Of a stretch of 64,000 bases of DNA, positions 28,850-39,531 are shown piece by piece. Below the pieces are notes generated by a model. It made no database searches, had not been told where the DNA came from, and saw nothing but the letters and a program-made list of their open reading frames with translations. The DNA lies in contig CANLLM010000002.1 of assembly GCA_947491825.1 (NCBI GenBank), forward strand, positions 10,503-74,502, read 5' to 3'. Every line of letters starts with the position of its first letter. Position 1 is the first letter of the stretch. Made by a program: the position numbers and the translations under genes. This DNA is from Bacteroidota bacterium (GTDB lineage: Bacteria > Bacteroidota > Bacteroidia > UKL13-3).

Positions 28850-29134
28850 TTTTTATATACTATTTACCAAATACTTATGTTGTTCGCAGGGCGTGAAACA
28901 CCCCGATTTTTTCCCATATTATCAACATAAAAAACAAAATTTCACGCTATTTTTTGGAATGGAAATTCTTGCTGCGGCCATCATTCCTTATTTTTATTCA
29001 TTTTTTCGTTTTGTCATTATACTTACAAGTATTTGGTGGCGGCTTTTTTAGGCGATGAATACTAGCCACTTAGGTTATACATCACAATTACCCATATTTC
29101 TATTAATTTCACCCCAATAAAAAAGATTAATTAC

Positions 29135-30130
29135 TTGAAATCACTGCACATTATAGCTCAATTCTTATCCAATAAATCAATACTTTGGCTAAGCCTAGTT
29201 ACATTAATTTTATTTGTAACCATAACTGGTGTTCGCTTTAATCGAAACAACGCAATAGTTAATAGACCACTTAACGATGCAAGATATTTTATCGCTTATG
29301 TAGAGCATTTTAGAGGCGAAACACCTTCGGATGTAATTCGTCCAGCCTCTAATTGGCGAATGTTGGTTCCATTTATAGCAGCTAGTTTGCCTTTAGAGCC
29401 ACTTACTGCCATTAACATAATAAATCAAATATTACTGCTTCTTAGTATGTTTATGTTATACCATAGCATGTTGTATTTAAAAATTAGTAAAGGTTATATT
29501 TGGCTAGGGTTGATGTTGTTTTCGGTTTCGTTTCCTGCTTTTTATTACACCACGATTGGTTATGTAGATGCAGGTGTAATGTTTTTTGTGAGCACATGTA
29601 TTTATGCTACACTTAAACTATCGTGGTGGTTATTTATGGTTTCTTTTGTTTTGGGTTTTTTAGCAAAAGAAAGTATTGCGGTAGTAATGCCATTTGCGGT
29701 AGTTTATCTGTTTGTGCAAGGCAAGAGGGAACATGCATTTGCGTTGGGTTTAATTTTAATCACCACATATTTAGCCGAAAGCTATTGGGTTAGGCAATAC
29801 GCATACCTTACACCAGGCGAAAAAAACAACATGTTTTGGGTCATTAACCCTGAAAATATAGGACTTAATTTAAAGCGTATCAACTCCCTATTAGCCCCAA
29901 TTTTAACGCTGGGTTTGGTTGGATTAATTTACCTATTCAGCATTAAATCGGCTATTAAAACCAACAAAGCATTAACCTGGGCATCTATGATTTTATTGGC
30001 AACCACATTAGCCATGTATGCTTTTGCGTTTATCACAACTTATGCCGATGGCCGGCCATTTTGGTTAGCCTACTTCGCCATGATCATGGTAAGTATGGTT
30101 GGGTTACAGAACAAAGCAAAAAAAACTTAA
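29135..30130 (+). CDS. Polytopic integral membrane protein, function unknown (possibly GT-C-like)
   Basis: 8-9 predicted hydrophobic helices, TTG start, no recognisable catalytic motif. Confidence 0.5.
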   Translation: MKSLHIIAQFLSNKSILWLSLVTLILFVTITGVRFNRNNAIVNRPLNDARYFIAYVEHFRGETPSDVIRPASNWRMLVPFIAASLPLEPLTAINIINQILLLLSMFMLYHSMLYLKISKGYIWLGLMLFSVSFPAFYYTTIGYVDAGVMFFVSTCIYATLKLSWWLFMVSFVLGFLAKESIAVVMPFAVVYLFVQGKREHAFALGLILITTYLAESYWVRQYAYLTPGEKNNMFWVINPENIGLNLKRINSLLAPILTLGLVGLIYLFSIKSAIKTNKALTWASMILLATTLAMYAFAFITTYADGRPFWLAYFAMIMVSMVGLQNKAKKT

Positions 30131-31323
30131 GCTTTTTTCCTACGAGCTACTTCCCTGCTGATCAAGGTAAGCTCCCTTCCGGCTTGACCTTTCACTGAGG
30201 TATTTTCTGCTGCACGCCTAAACAAATAGGGCATTACTGCTTTAACTGGGCCATATGGCAAATATTTAGCTACGTTATATCCTGCACTTGATAAGTTAAA
30301 ACTAATGTGATCACTCATACCGAATAACTGCGAAAAATAAATACGTTGGTCGTTGTTGGCTAAACTTTTTTGTGCCATTAATTCAGTTAAAAACATACTG
30401 CTTTGTTCGTTATGTGACCCTGCACAAACACTAATTCTATCTATATGATCGATGCAAAAACCTAGTGCATTGTTGTAATCTTTATCAGTGCTTAACTTAT
30501 CAGGTTGTATTGGGCTTGGGTAGCCCATTTTAGATGCGCGTGCTCTTTCTTTTTCCATATAAGCACCGCGCACCAATTTTAATCCTAGGTAATAGTTGTG
30601 TTTAATAGCACCATTAAAACTATCTTTTACAAAATCTAATCTATCGTGGCGGTATAATTGAATGGTATTGTATATAACACATTTTTGTTTATTAAACTCA
30701 AGCATCATATCGTGTGCCAAATCATCAATAGCGGGTTGAATCCAAGATTCCTCCGCATCAATAAAAACACGCACATCTTTCAGGTATGCCATTTTACAAA
30801 TTTGATGTATACGATTTCTCACAAGCCCCCACTCACTTTCTTCATTCATTGTCAAGATTTCTTTGGCCGACACTTTTGCCAATAAATCAAACCTAGCCAA
30901 GCCGGTCACTTTAAAAACACAAAATGGTATCTTAGGATTGTTTTGGGCTTTGGTTATGGTTTCTAGCGTTTCGGTAACAGTGGCATTAAAACTTTCCTCT
31001 TTTTCTTCTCCTTCCACACTATAGTCTAAAATAGTACCTACGCCATAACCATACAATTGCTCAATGGTTTTGTTACAATCTTCCATGCTTTCGCCACCAC
31101 AGAATTGTTTAAAAACAGTGCTTTTAATTAGCCCTTTTATGGGCAAACCTATATTAAATGCACCATTTACCATTTGCGGACCCAACTTTACTAACCAGTT
31201 ATATCCAATCGCTTTAAACAACAAGTATGAATGAGTTAAGTCGTTGTTGCTTTTGGACTTAAAAGCAATTTCAGTGTTATCGAAACTTAAGGCAGCGGGC
31301 TCACTTTGTATATTGGTTTGCAC
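30127..31323 (-). CDS. Proline dehydrogenase family protein
   Basis: Length and sequence (…FKQFCGGES…, …LKLVRGAYMEKER…, …FSQLFGMSDHISF…) match monofunctional PRODH of Bacteroidota. GTG start. The stop overlaps the convergent gene's stop. Confidence 0.8.
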   Translation of the reverse strand: MQTNIQSEPAALSFDNTEIAFKSKSNNDLTHSYLLFKAIGYNWLVKLGPQMVNGAFNIGLPIKGLIKSTVFKQFCGGESMEDCNKTIEQLYGYGVGTILDYSVEGEEKEESFNATVTETLETITKAQNNPKIPFCVFKVTGLARFDLLAKVSAKEILTMNEESEWGLVRNRIHQICKMAYLKDVRVFIDAEESWIQPAIDDLAHDMMLEFNKQKCVIYNTIQLYRHDRLDFVKDSFNGAIKHNYYLGLKLVRGAYMEKERARASKMGYPSPIQPDKLSTDKDYNNALGFCIDHIDRISVCAGSHNEQSSMFLTELMAQKSLANNDQRIYFSQLFGMSDHISFNLSSAGYNVAKYLPYGPVKAVMPYLFRRAAENTSVKGQAGRELTLISREVARRKKA

Positions 31324-31435
31324 AGTTTTTATTACTTAATTATTAATTTAACCGAAAATACCACAAATTTGTTTGCGCAAAAATAATCGCACCTAGCTAT
31401 TTTTTGTCATAAACCAATTATTAATTTTTATTCGC

Positions 31436-32494
31436 TTGAAAGAATACAACCTAAAGGATTATAGTATTTACATAGGCCCTGAAGTATTTGATTTACTGTT
31501 AGAACAGTTAATTGAACGCTCGTACTCGCAGGTATTTGTGCTAGTTGACGAAAATACCGAAAAGTATTGTTTACCCATTTTAACCAAAACTCTTTTTGAC
31601 GTTAAGGTGATAAAAATAGCAAGTGGTGAAGAACACAAAACGGTTAACAACTTACAAATTATTTGGGATGAACTAATAAAAAATCAAGCTGATAAACAAA
31701 CAGCTTTAATTAATTTAGGTGGAGGTGTTATTGGAGATATTGGTGGTTTTGCAGCAGCAACTTTTAAACGTGGAATTGATTTCATAAATGTTCCAACAAC
31801 ACTTTTAGCCATGGTTGATAGTAGCATAGGTGGGAAGTTAGGAATAGATTACCTGGGCATTAAGAATGCGGTTGGCATCATAAAAAACCCGAGTTCGGTA
31901 TTTGTAAGTGCTGATTTTTTGGCCACTTTACCCAAAAGAGAATTACTAAATGGTTTTGCCGAAATTATTAAACATGGCCTAGTAGCTGTGGAAGAATATT
32001 GGGAAAAGGTAATCCGTGTAAAAAATATTGATGTAGAAAGCATGAGCCAACTTATTCATGGTTCTATCAAGGTTAAAACTCAAATTGTTAAAAAAGACCC
32101 CGAGGAAGACGGCTTACGTAAAGTGCTAAACTTCGGCCATACTGTTGGTCATGCTATTGAATCTTACTCTTTATTACACGATAAGAATCCACTAAAGCAT
32201 GGCGAAGCAATTGCCATTGGTATGATTTGCGAGGCGTTTTTATCTAAAGAAAACAATGGATTAAGCGGGAGAGAATTGAGATTAATTAGTGAAGTGATTT
32301 TACAGCACTTTCCTAAATATTCGTTGCGAAATATTTTATCGCCCGAACTTATTAAGTTTATGCGCCAAGACAAAAAGAACAGCAACCAAAACATCAACTT
32401 TAGCTTACTAAAACGTATTGGCAAAGCAGGATTCGATTACACTTGTACTGATGCTCAAATAGCACTTGCTTTAAATTATTACGATGGGTTATGA
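31436..32494 (+). CDS. aroB: 3-dehydroquinate synthase
   Basis: 'GGGVIGDIGGFAAATFKRGI', 'GHTVGHAIE' and 'HGEAIAIGM' motifs. TTG start. Confidence 0.92.
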   Translation: MKEYNLKDYSIYIGPEVFDLLLEQLIERSYSQVFVLVDENTEKYCLPILTKTLFDVKVIKIASGEEHKTVNNLQIIWDELIKNQADKQTALINLGGGVIGDIGGFAAATFKRGIDFINVPTTLLAMVDSSIGGKLGIDYLGIKNAVGIIKNPSSVFVSADFLATLPKRELLNGFAEIIKHGLVAVEEYWEKVIRVKNIDVESMSQLIHGSIKVKTQIVKKDPEEDGLRKVLNFGHTVGHAIESYSLLHDKNPLKHGEAIAIGMICEAFLSKENNGLSGRELRLISEVILQHFPKYSLRNILSPELIKFMRQDKKNSNQNINFSLLKRIGKAGFDYTCTDAQIALALNYYDGL

Positions 32495-33729
32495 GTAACC
32501 TTCGAATAAAACATCCAACCAAACAATTAACAGGTAACATCACACTACCTGCATCAAAAAGCATTTGCAACCGAGTACTGGTTTTAAACAAAGTGCTTTC
32601 ATCTAATACCGTTATTCAGAACATGTCTACTGCCGATGATTGTCTAATCATGCAACATGCATTGCAACAAACACAAGGTTCAGTTGATGTAAAAAATGCA
32701 GGAACTTGCATGCGATTTCTAACCGCATATTATGCTTCTACACCCCATACAAATGTAATTTTACATGGCAGTGAACGCATGCACAACAGGCCCATTGGGG
32801 CATTGGTAAATGCATTAATTCAACTAGGTGCCGATATTGATTACATCGATAAAGAAGGATTTCCACCCCTTCGAATCAAAGGCAAAAACCTTCATGGCGG
32901 TGTTGCTACTGTTGATGCATCAATAAGTAGTCAGTTTGTGAGTGCGTTGATGTTGGTAGCCCCAAATTTTAAAAATGGTTTATCCATTCGATTAGGTAAA
33001 CATACCGTGTCAAAGCCATATATTTCTTTAACATCCGATGTATTGAAACAATTTGGAGTTGATGTAACATTACAAGATGATGTAGTAATTAGGCCATATC
33101 ACACACTAACAAAAACAGAAACTTTTTTTATTGAACCAGATTGGAGTGCAGCAGCTTTTTGGTATCAATTATTAGCTATGGCCGTAAGCGGAAACATCCA
33201 ACTAAATAACATTAAACCCAAAAGTGCACAAGGTGATGCCATGATAGCAGAGTACATGGAAAGTTTAGGTGTAAATACGATATACACCAAGCAAGGATCA
33301 ACACTAGACAAAAACAACAATATACTAGAACAGGCACACTACGATATGTTAAACTATCCCGATATGGTACCTGCCATGGCTGTATTGATGTGTGCGTTAA
33401 ATATTCCTTGTACTTTTGTAAATGTGGCACATTTACAAGCAAAAGAAAGCAAACGATTAACAGTACTTTGCAAGGAGTTGGTTAAGTGCGGATTTGATAT
33501 TTCGAACAATGGCAACGAACTTCTGATAAACAAAATTGAAAAGGAAAGCCTCATAAAACCAATTTCGATTAACACCTATCAAGACCACCGCATGGCAATG
33601 GCATTTGCTCCGCTCGCATTGTTGTTTAATGATTTAGTAATTAATGATAGCCAAGTTGTAGAAAAATCATATCCCCATTTTTGGGACGATCTACGTAAAG
33701 TTGGTTTTGAAATTACCACTGAACCATAA
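32491..33729 (+). CDS. aroA: 3-phosphoshikimate 1-carboxyvinyltransferase (EPSP synthase)
   Basis: 'LPASKSICNR', 'NAGTCMRFL' and 'DHRMAMAFA'. The ATGA overlaps the aroB stop. Confidence 0.93.
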   Translation: MSNLRIKHPTKQLTGNITLPASKSICNRVLVLNKVLSSNTVIQNMSTADDCLIMQHALQQTQGSVDVKNAGTCMRFLTAYYASTPHTNVILHGSERMHNRPIGALVNALIQLGADIDYIDKEGFPPLRIKGKNLHGGVATVDASISSQFVSALMLVAPNFKNGLSIRLGKHTVSKPYISLTSDVLKQFGVDVTLQDDVVIRPYHTLTKTETFFIEPDWSAAAFWYQLLAMAVSGNIQLNNIKPKSAQGDAMIAEYMESLGVNTIYTKQGSTLDKNNNILEQAHYDMLNYPDMVPAMAVLMCALNIPCTFVNVAHLQAKESKRLTVLCKELVKCGFDISNNGNELLINKIEKESLIKPISINTYQDHRMAMAFAPLALLFNDLVINDSQVVEKSYPHFWDDLRKVGFEITTEP

Positions 33730-33784
33730 GCAATTAAACTTACCCTTTATTTAAAAATAAACCTCACAATTTATAAATACATAC

Positions 33785-34861
33785 ATGGCAGGAAATACAT
33801 ACGGACAACTCTTTCGCATTACTACTTTTGGTGAAAGTCATGGATCAGCTTTGGGCGTTGTTATTGATGGTTGTCCCAGTAATTTAAGTATTGATATAGA
33901 TCTTATTCAGGCCGAGTTAAATAAGCGCAAACCAGGACAAAGCGCGATTACCTCAGCAAGAAAAGAAGACGAGTCGTTCGAAATTTTATCTGGAGTATTT
34001 GAAGGAAAAACCACTGGAGCACCTATTTGTATGATGGTGCGCAACAAAGATCAACGCAGCCAAGATTACTCGCATTTAAAAGATGTTTTTCGTCCATCGC
34101 ATGCTGATTATGCCTATCAAACCAAATATGGCATACGCGATTACCGTGGTGGAGGACGATCATCGGCACGTGAAACTGTAGCACGTGTTTTAGCGGGTGC
34201 AGTTGCTAAATTATTTTTAACAGAAAAAGGCATATCTATCCAAGCCTATGTTAGTCAGGTTGGACCAATAAAATTATTAACCTTACCTGAAACAATAGAC
34301 ACATCATACATTGAAAAAAGCATGGTACGTTGCCCAGATGAAAAGGTATCAAACCAAATGATTGATTTGATTACCGAAACCGGTAAAAAAGGGGATAGTG
34401 TTGGTGGAGCAATTACCTGTATAATCAATAATGTAACTGCTGGCTTGGGCGAACCCGTGTTTGATAAACTACATGCCGAATTAGGTAAAGCCATGTTAAG
34501 TATAAACGCTTGTAAAGGATTTGAAATTGGCAGTGGTTTTGACGCAGCGCAATCGTTTGGAAGTGCGCACAATGACGAATTTTTTATCACTGAGACCGGG
34601 ACACATACCCGCACCAATAATAGTGGTGGTGTGCAAGGCGGCATAAGTAATGGAGAACCGATATATTTTAGATGCGCATTTAAACCAGTTGCCACGATTA
34701 GAAGCGAGCAACAAACTATATCAAACCAAGGAGAAGAAGTTACCTTAGCAGCAAGCGGAAGGCACGACCCATGTGTGGTGCCACGCGCGGTACCTATTGT
34801 AGAAGCTATGGCAGCCTTGGTTTTAGCTGATTTTTTGCTTAGAAATAATGCCATTAATTGA
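33785..34861 (+). CDS. aroC: Chorismate synthase
   Basis: 'TFGESHG', '[12 protein letters not shown]' and '[12 protein letters not shown]' signatures. Confidence 0.96.
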   Translation: MAGNTYGQLFRITTFGESHGSALGVVIDGCPSNLSIDIDLIQAELNKRKPGQSAITSARKEDESFEILSGVFEGKTTGAPICMMVRNKDQRSQDYSHLKDVFRPSHADYAYQTKYGIRDYRGGGRSSARETVARVLAGAVAKLFLTEKGISIQAYVSQVGPIKLLTLPETIDTSYIEKSMVRCPDEKVSNQMIDLITETGKKGDSVGGAITCIINNVTAGLGEPVFDKLHAELGKAMLSINACKGFEIGSGFDAAQSFGSAHNDEFFITETGTHTRTNNSGGVQGGISNGEPIYFRCAFKPVATIRSEQQTISNQGEEVTLAASGRHDPCVVPRAVPIVEAMAALVLADFLLRNNAIN

Positions 34862-35033
34862 TAAGTAAAACTTATAACTAATTCTAACCATATTAAATTT
34901 GTTTCAAACCACTGTATACCAAGACCTATGATGTAAAAGTTTGGCAAGTTGATAAGTGACATGGCACTATTTTTAAATATTTTAGCGCTATCTTGCAGCT
35001 TAAATAACAATAAAAGTTGATCAACATATTCAG

Positions 35034-36878
35034 ATGAAAAAAATCTTATTAGCAAGCATCTTCTCATTAGCATTTATAAATACACAAGCTCAGGAAATTA
35101 TTCCTTGTGCAACTGACCAAGTTCATTACCAAATGAAACAAGCCAATCCGTTATTGGCTATAGAAGAAGAGAGAGGGAACCAAGAAGCAAGTAAAATTGC
35201 TGAAGCGTTATTGGCTAACAAAAGTTTTGCTAAACAAGGTACTGTAAGATACATTCCTGTTGTATTCCATGTGATACATAATGGTGGGTCAGAGAACATC
35301 ACCCAAGCACAAATCATGGATCAAATGCGTATTTTAAATGAAGATTTTCGCAAAAAGTCTGGAACTAATGGAGATAAAAGTACCAACCCTAATGCGACTG
35401 ACATGGAGTTTGAATTTAGGTTGGCACAAGTTGACCCTAATGGTATTCGACATGATGGTATCAACCGCATACAAAGCACGGCCACAGAAAATGCGAGTGA
35501 CAATGTAAAAGCATTGAGCAGGTGGAATAGTGCTAAATACCTGAACATTTGGGTTGTAAAAAGTATCAGCCTTGGAGGCACAAGTGGTGGAACTGTTCTA
35601 GGTTATGCGCAATTTCCTTCATACATGTCATTTGCACCTAATAATGATGGTATCGTTATTCGTGCCGATTATGTGGGAAGCATACAATCGGGTAACACAA
35701 GCCACATGGGGCGTACTTTAACGCACGAAGTTGGACATTGGGTAGGTTTGTATCATCCTTTTCAAGATGGCTGCGCAGGCCAGTCAGTATCAAACTGCTC
35801 ATCAGCAGGTGATCGTGTTTGTGATACACCACCTGTAGCTGAAGCTAATTATGGTTCGGTATGTGATGCAACATTAAACTCATGTACAGGCGATAATCCT
35901 GATTTACCGGATATGATCAATAATTATATGGATTATTTAGATGGTAAATGCGCCAATACCTACACACTTGGTCAAAAGGCACGAGCCATTGCACAAATGA
36001 GTCTTTACAGAGCATCTATTTACTCTAATGCTAATTTAGCAGCTGCAGGAGTTTTACCAGATGGTAGTTATGCAACAGTTGCCCAATCCAACATTAAAGC
36101 ACCTTATAGCTATGGATTTGAAGATGCAAATATCACTTCGGCAGGATGGCGCATACAAAACCTACAAAACGGAGTAAACGGATGGAAATTAGACAACGTA
36201 GGCTATGGCGGAACAAAAAGTATAGCGTTTCGCAACTATAATTATACGGCAACTACACACACTCGAGATGAATTTAACTCTCCATTAATTGATATTTCTG
36301 CATTAGCTAACCCAGTATTAAAAGTACGTTTGGCAAATGCACGAAAAAATTCTGGAGATGTTTTAGAAATTGGGATTAGTGGTGATTTTGGCAGAAATGA
36401 AACTAAAATTTATTCAGCAACACCATCATTAAGCATGGCAACAACAGAATTAGTTCCAACCGAAACATCGCAATGGACAACACTAATTTTTGACTTAACT
36501 CCATACCGCAACATGACTAATGCACGCATACGCTTTGAGTTAAGAAATTTAAGGGGTAACAACACCTTTATTGATGATTTTTCAATCACTTCATCAACAG
36601 GATTATTAGATAATTTAAAACAAGAAATGGCATTTAATGTATATCCTAACCCTATGGAAGGTTATACTTATACACAGTTTGAGTTGAAACAAACACAACA
36701 CATTGAAATTAATATTTGTGAAGTAACAGGTCGTAAAGTAAGCACACTCCAACAAGGCGAAATGCAAGCGGGTATGCATAGCTTGGCCATAAACCGTAGT
36801 GATTTAAAAGCAGGCATTTACCTGATAAATGTTACCACACAAAATGGAACATTTGCGCACAAACTTGTTGTAAACTAA
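35034..36878 (+). CDS. Secreted M43-type (pappalysin/cytophagalysin-like) zinc metalloprotease with T9SS type-A C-terminal sorting domain
   Basis: Signal peptide, zinc motif 'HEVGHWVGLYHPF' (HExxHxxGxxH), and a C-terminal ~80 aa 'FNVYPNPMEG…GIYLINVTTQNGTFAHKLVVN' typical of the T9SS CTD. Confidence 0.85.
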   Translation: MKKILLASIFSLAFINTQAQEIIPCATDQVHYQMKQANPLLAIEEERGNQEASKIAEALLANKSFAKQGTVRYIPVVFHVIHNGGSENITQAQIMDQMRILNEDFRKKSGTNGDKSTNPNATDMEFEFRLAQVDPNGIRHDGINRIQSTATENASDNVKALSRWNSAKYLNIWVVKSISLGGTSGGTVLGYAQFPSYMSFAPNNDGIVIRADYVGSIQSGNTSHMGRTLTHEVGHWVGLYHPFQDGCAGQSVSNCSSAGDRVCDTPPVAEANYGSVCDATLNSCTGDNPDLPDMINNYMDYLDGKCANTYTLGQKARAIAQMSLYRASIYSNANLAAAGVLPDGSYATVAQSNIKAPYSYGFEDANITSAGWRIQNLQNGVNGWKLDNVGYGGTKSIAFRNYNYTATTHTRDEFNSPLIDISALANPVLKVRLANARKNSGDVLEIGISGDFGRNETKIYSATPSLSMATTELVPTETSQWTTLIFDLTPYRNMTNARIRFELRNLRGNNTFIDDFSITSSTGLLDNLKQEMAFNVYPNPMEGYTYTQFELKQTQHIEINICEVTGRKVSTLQQGEMQAGMHSLAINRSDLKAGIYLINVTTQNGTFAHKLVVN

Positions 36879-36901
36879 AAAAAATTGTAACGTGCGTACC
36901 G

Positions 36902-36935
36902 AAACAGTGAGCTTTTACTCACTGTTTTTTGTTTT
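36902..36935 (+). terminator. Rho-independent terminator after the M43 protease gene
   Basis: Stem acagtgag (36904-36911) / ctcactgt (36918-36925), 6-nt loop, followed by a T-run. Confidence 0.8.
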
Positions 36936-36959
36936 TATATAAGTTAGTAATATTGCCGT

Positions 36960-39515
36960 ATGACAAAGAACCTTGTGATAGTTGAGTCGCCTGCAAAGGC
37001 AAAAACCATAGAGAAATTTCTAGGTAAAGACTTTATCGTAAAAAGCTGTTATGGCCATATACGAGATTTGGCGAAAGGTGACGAAGCCATTAGAATTGAT
37101 AAGAATTTCGAACCTCAATATGAAGTGCCTGCAGAAAAAAAAGCTGTAGTAAGTGAATTGAAAAAACTAGCCGCGCAAAGTGATATGGTTTGGTTAGCAT
37201 CCGATGAAGACCGTGAGGGTGAAGCCATTTCTTGGCATCTAAGCGAGGTGCTAAAATTAACACCAGAAAACACCAAGCGTATTGTTTTTCATGAAATTAC
37301 TAAGCCTGCTATTTTACGCGCAATAGAGAATCCTCGAGGAATAGATTATAACCTAGTAAATGCACAACAAGCAAGAAGGGTTTTAGATAGGTTAGTAGGT
37401 TTTGAATTATCACCAGTACTCTGGAAAAAAATAAAAGGTAACTTAAGTGCCGGGCGCGTGCAATCCGTTGCGGTTAGGTTAATAGTGGAGCGTGAAAGAG
37501 AAATTAATAACTTCAGCCACACTTCTGCTTTTAAAATAGTTGCACACTTTAATGTAAGTGGCAAACAAATGGATGCAGAATTATCAAAACGTTTTGATAA
37601 GGAAGCTGATGCAATGGTGTTTTTACAAAAATGTATTAATGCCGATTTTACCATTAATAATTTAGAGGTTAAACCCGCAGAAAAATCTCCTGCTCCACCC
37701 TTTACCACATCAACACTACAACAAGAAGCAAGTAGGAAACTAGGCTACGGAGTAAGTACAACTATGAGTATAGCACAAAAACTATACGAACATGGATTCA
37801 TTACATACATGCGTACTGACAGTGTAAACTTAAGTGAACTAGCAATTGGTGCGGCCAAAAATTATATTACTAATAACTTTGGTGCACAATACAGCAATCC
37901 TAAACGTTATACTACTAAAAACGATAGCGCCCAAGAAGCTCACGAGGCTATACGTCCTACCTATTTTGAAAACGTAGATATTGATGGTACCCCTCAAGAA
38001 AAAAGACTGTACGATTTAATTTATAAACGCGCTATCGCCTCGCAAATGAGCAAAGCGCAAATAGAACGTACCATTGCACAAATTGGTGTAAGTACTTTAT
38101 CCGATACCTTAACTGCAACAGGTGAGGTATTAAAGTTTGACGGTTTCTTAAAAGTATACTTAGAGAGTACTGATGATGAAACCGAAAACGAAAACAGTAA
38201 AATGCTGCCTCCATTAAAGGTCGGTGAGAAACTTACCCTAATTAATATGGATGCTACCGAGAGGTACACTCGTCCTGCACCAAGATACACAGAGGCCAGC
38301 TTGGTAAAGAAACTTGAAGAATTAGGCATTGGCCGTCCATCAACCTACGCACCAACAATTAGTACCATACAAAAACGTGGTTATGTGGTAAAAGAAGACC
38401 GTGACGGGAAAGACCGTAAATTTAATACCTTGACTTTAGAAAAAGGCGATATTAAACATGAAGTAAAAGCAGAGAAATTCGGAAGCGAAAAAGCAAAACT
38501 TTTCCCGAGTGATATTGGAATGATTGTAACTGACTTCTTATCGAAACACTTTGATAAAATTATGGATTACAACTTTACAGCTAATGTAGAAAAAGAGTTT
38601 GATGAGATTGCTCGCGGCCAAATACAATGGAATACAATGATTGCGGATTTCTATAAACCATTTCATGAAGACGTAGAAAAAACAACTGAAACAGCCGAGC
38701 GTCAAAGTGGCGAACGTACCCTTGGTATAGATCCGTCAACGGGTAAAAATATCTACGCTAAGGTGGGTAAATTTGGTCCTTATGTACAATTAGGCGAAGC
38801 TACCGAAGAGGAAAAACCACAATACGGTAAGTTATTACAAAGTCAGCGTATCGATTCAATATCATTGGAAGAAGCGCTAGAATTATTTAAATTACCCCGT
38901 ACACTTGGCGAATATTTAGGCAAGGAAGTATCGGTTAATGTAGGCCGTTACGGGCCTTACGTGAAGTGGGGAGATGATTTTATATCTTTGCCCAAAGGCG
39001 AAGAGTTAATGGAAGTTGATTTAGCACGTGTTGCCGAAGTAATTAATGCTAAACAAACAGCAGATGCTCCGGTTGGTACTTATAAAAACAAACCTATTAC
39101 CAAAGGTAAAGGTCGCTTTGGACCATTTATTAAATGGAATGATTTATACATAAACGTACCACGTAATTATGATTTTGATGAACTTACCCAGCCACAGATG
39201 GATGAGTTGATTGGAAAGAAAATAGATAAGGAAGCCAACCGTTTTATACAACAATGGGAAGAAGAAAAGATTAGCCTTGAAAACGGCCGATGGGGACCAT
39301 TTATACGCTTTGGTAAAAAGATGATTAAGATAGCGCGCAAGAAAGATGGCGAAAAATATAATGCAGAAGACCTTGCAAGCATTACTTTAGATGAAGTAAA
39401 AAAACTAATTGAAATAGAAGAACCAGACGCATTTGCAAAAAAGGCACCTAAAAAAACTGCTGCTAAAAAAATAGCCGCAAAGAAAACACGCGCTAAAAAA
39501 ACGGCAAAAAAATAG
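36960..39515 (+). CDS. topA: DNA topoisomerase I
   Basis: TOPRIM 'LVIVESPAKAKTI…SDEDREGE' and active-site Tyr region 'ITYMRTDS'. Four C-terminal repeat modules carry 'G(K/R)(F/Y/W)GP(Y/F)(V/I)'. The tail is Lys/Ala-rich. Confidence 0.97.
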   Translation: MTKNLVIVESPAKAKTIEKFLGKDFIVKSCYGHIRDLAKGDEAIRIDKNFEPQYEVPAEKKAVVSELKKLAAQSDMVWLASDEDREGEAISWHLSEVLKLTPENTKRIVFHEITKPAILRAIENPRGIDYNLVNAQQARRVLDRLVGFELSPVLWKKIKGNLSAGRVQSVAVRLIVEREREINNFSHTSAFKIVAHFNVSGKQMDAELSKRFDKEADAMVFLQKCINADFTINNLEVKPAEKSPAPPFTTSTLQQEASRKLGYGVSTTMSIAQKLYEHGFITYMRTDSVNLSELAIGAAKNYITNNFGAQYSNPKRYTTKNDSAQEAHEAIRPTYFENVDIDGTPQEKRLYDLIYKRAIASQMSKAQIERTIAQIGVSTLSDTLTATGEVLKFDGFLKVYLESTDDETENENSKMLPPLKVGEKLTLINMDATERYTRPAPRYTEASLVKKLEELGIGRPSTYAPTISTIQKRGYVVKEDRDGKDRKFNTLTLEKGDIKHEVKAEKFGSEKAKLFPSDIGMIVTDFLSKHFDKIMDYNFTANVEKEFDEIARGQIQWNTMIADFYKPFHEDVEKTTETAERQSGERTLGIDPSTGKNIYAKVGKFGPYVQLGEATEEEKPQYGKLLQSQRIDSISLEEALELFKLPRTLGEYLGKEVSVNVGRYGPYVKWGDDFISLPKGEELMEVDLARVAEVINAKQTADAPVGTYKNKPITKGKGRFGPFIKWNDLYINVPRNYDFDELTQPQMDELIGKKIDKEANRFIQQWEEEKISLENGRWGPFIRFGKKMIKIARKKDGEKYNAEDLASITLDEVKKLIEIEEPDAFAKKAPKKTAAKKIAAKKTRAKKTAKK

Positions 39516-39531
39516 CTGCACCAAATAAAGC

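Noticed and set aside
28788-29051. 87-aa ORF in the hydrolase/membrane-protein spacer
   Set aside because: The AT-rich intergenic translation is Phe/Ile/Tyr-rich with no signal or TM logic, and it has odd Cys pairs. The region is better explained as regulatory DNA, given the DnaA-box-like and TTTCACG motifs.
30127-30130. Convergent genes whose stop codons overlap in the palindrome TTAA
   Set aside because: It is real in the sequence but is a common consequence of gene packing in AT-rich genomes. There is no associated structure or terminator to suggest regulation.
34255-35073. 272-aa ORF on the minus strand
   Set aside because: It lies almost entirely antisense to chorismate synthase, whose identification is unambiguous. 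Its translation is low-complexity Leu/Ser/Pro-rich with no motif. This is a typical shadow ORF.
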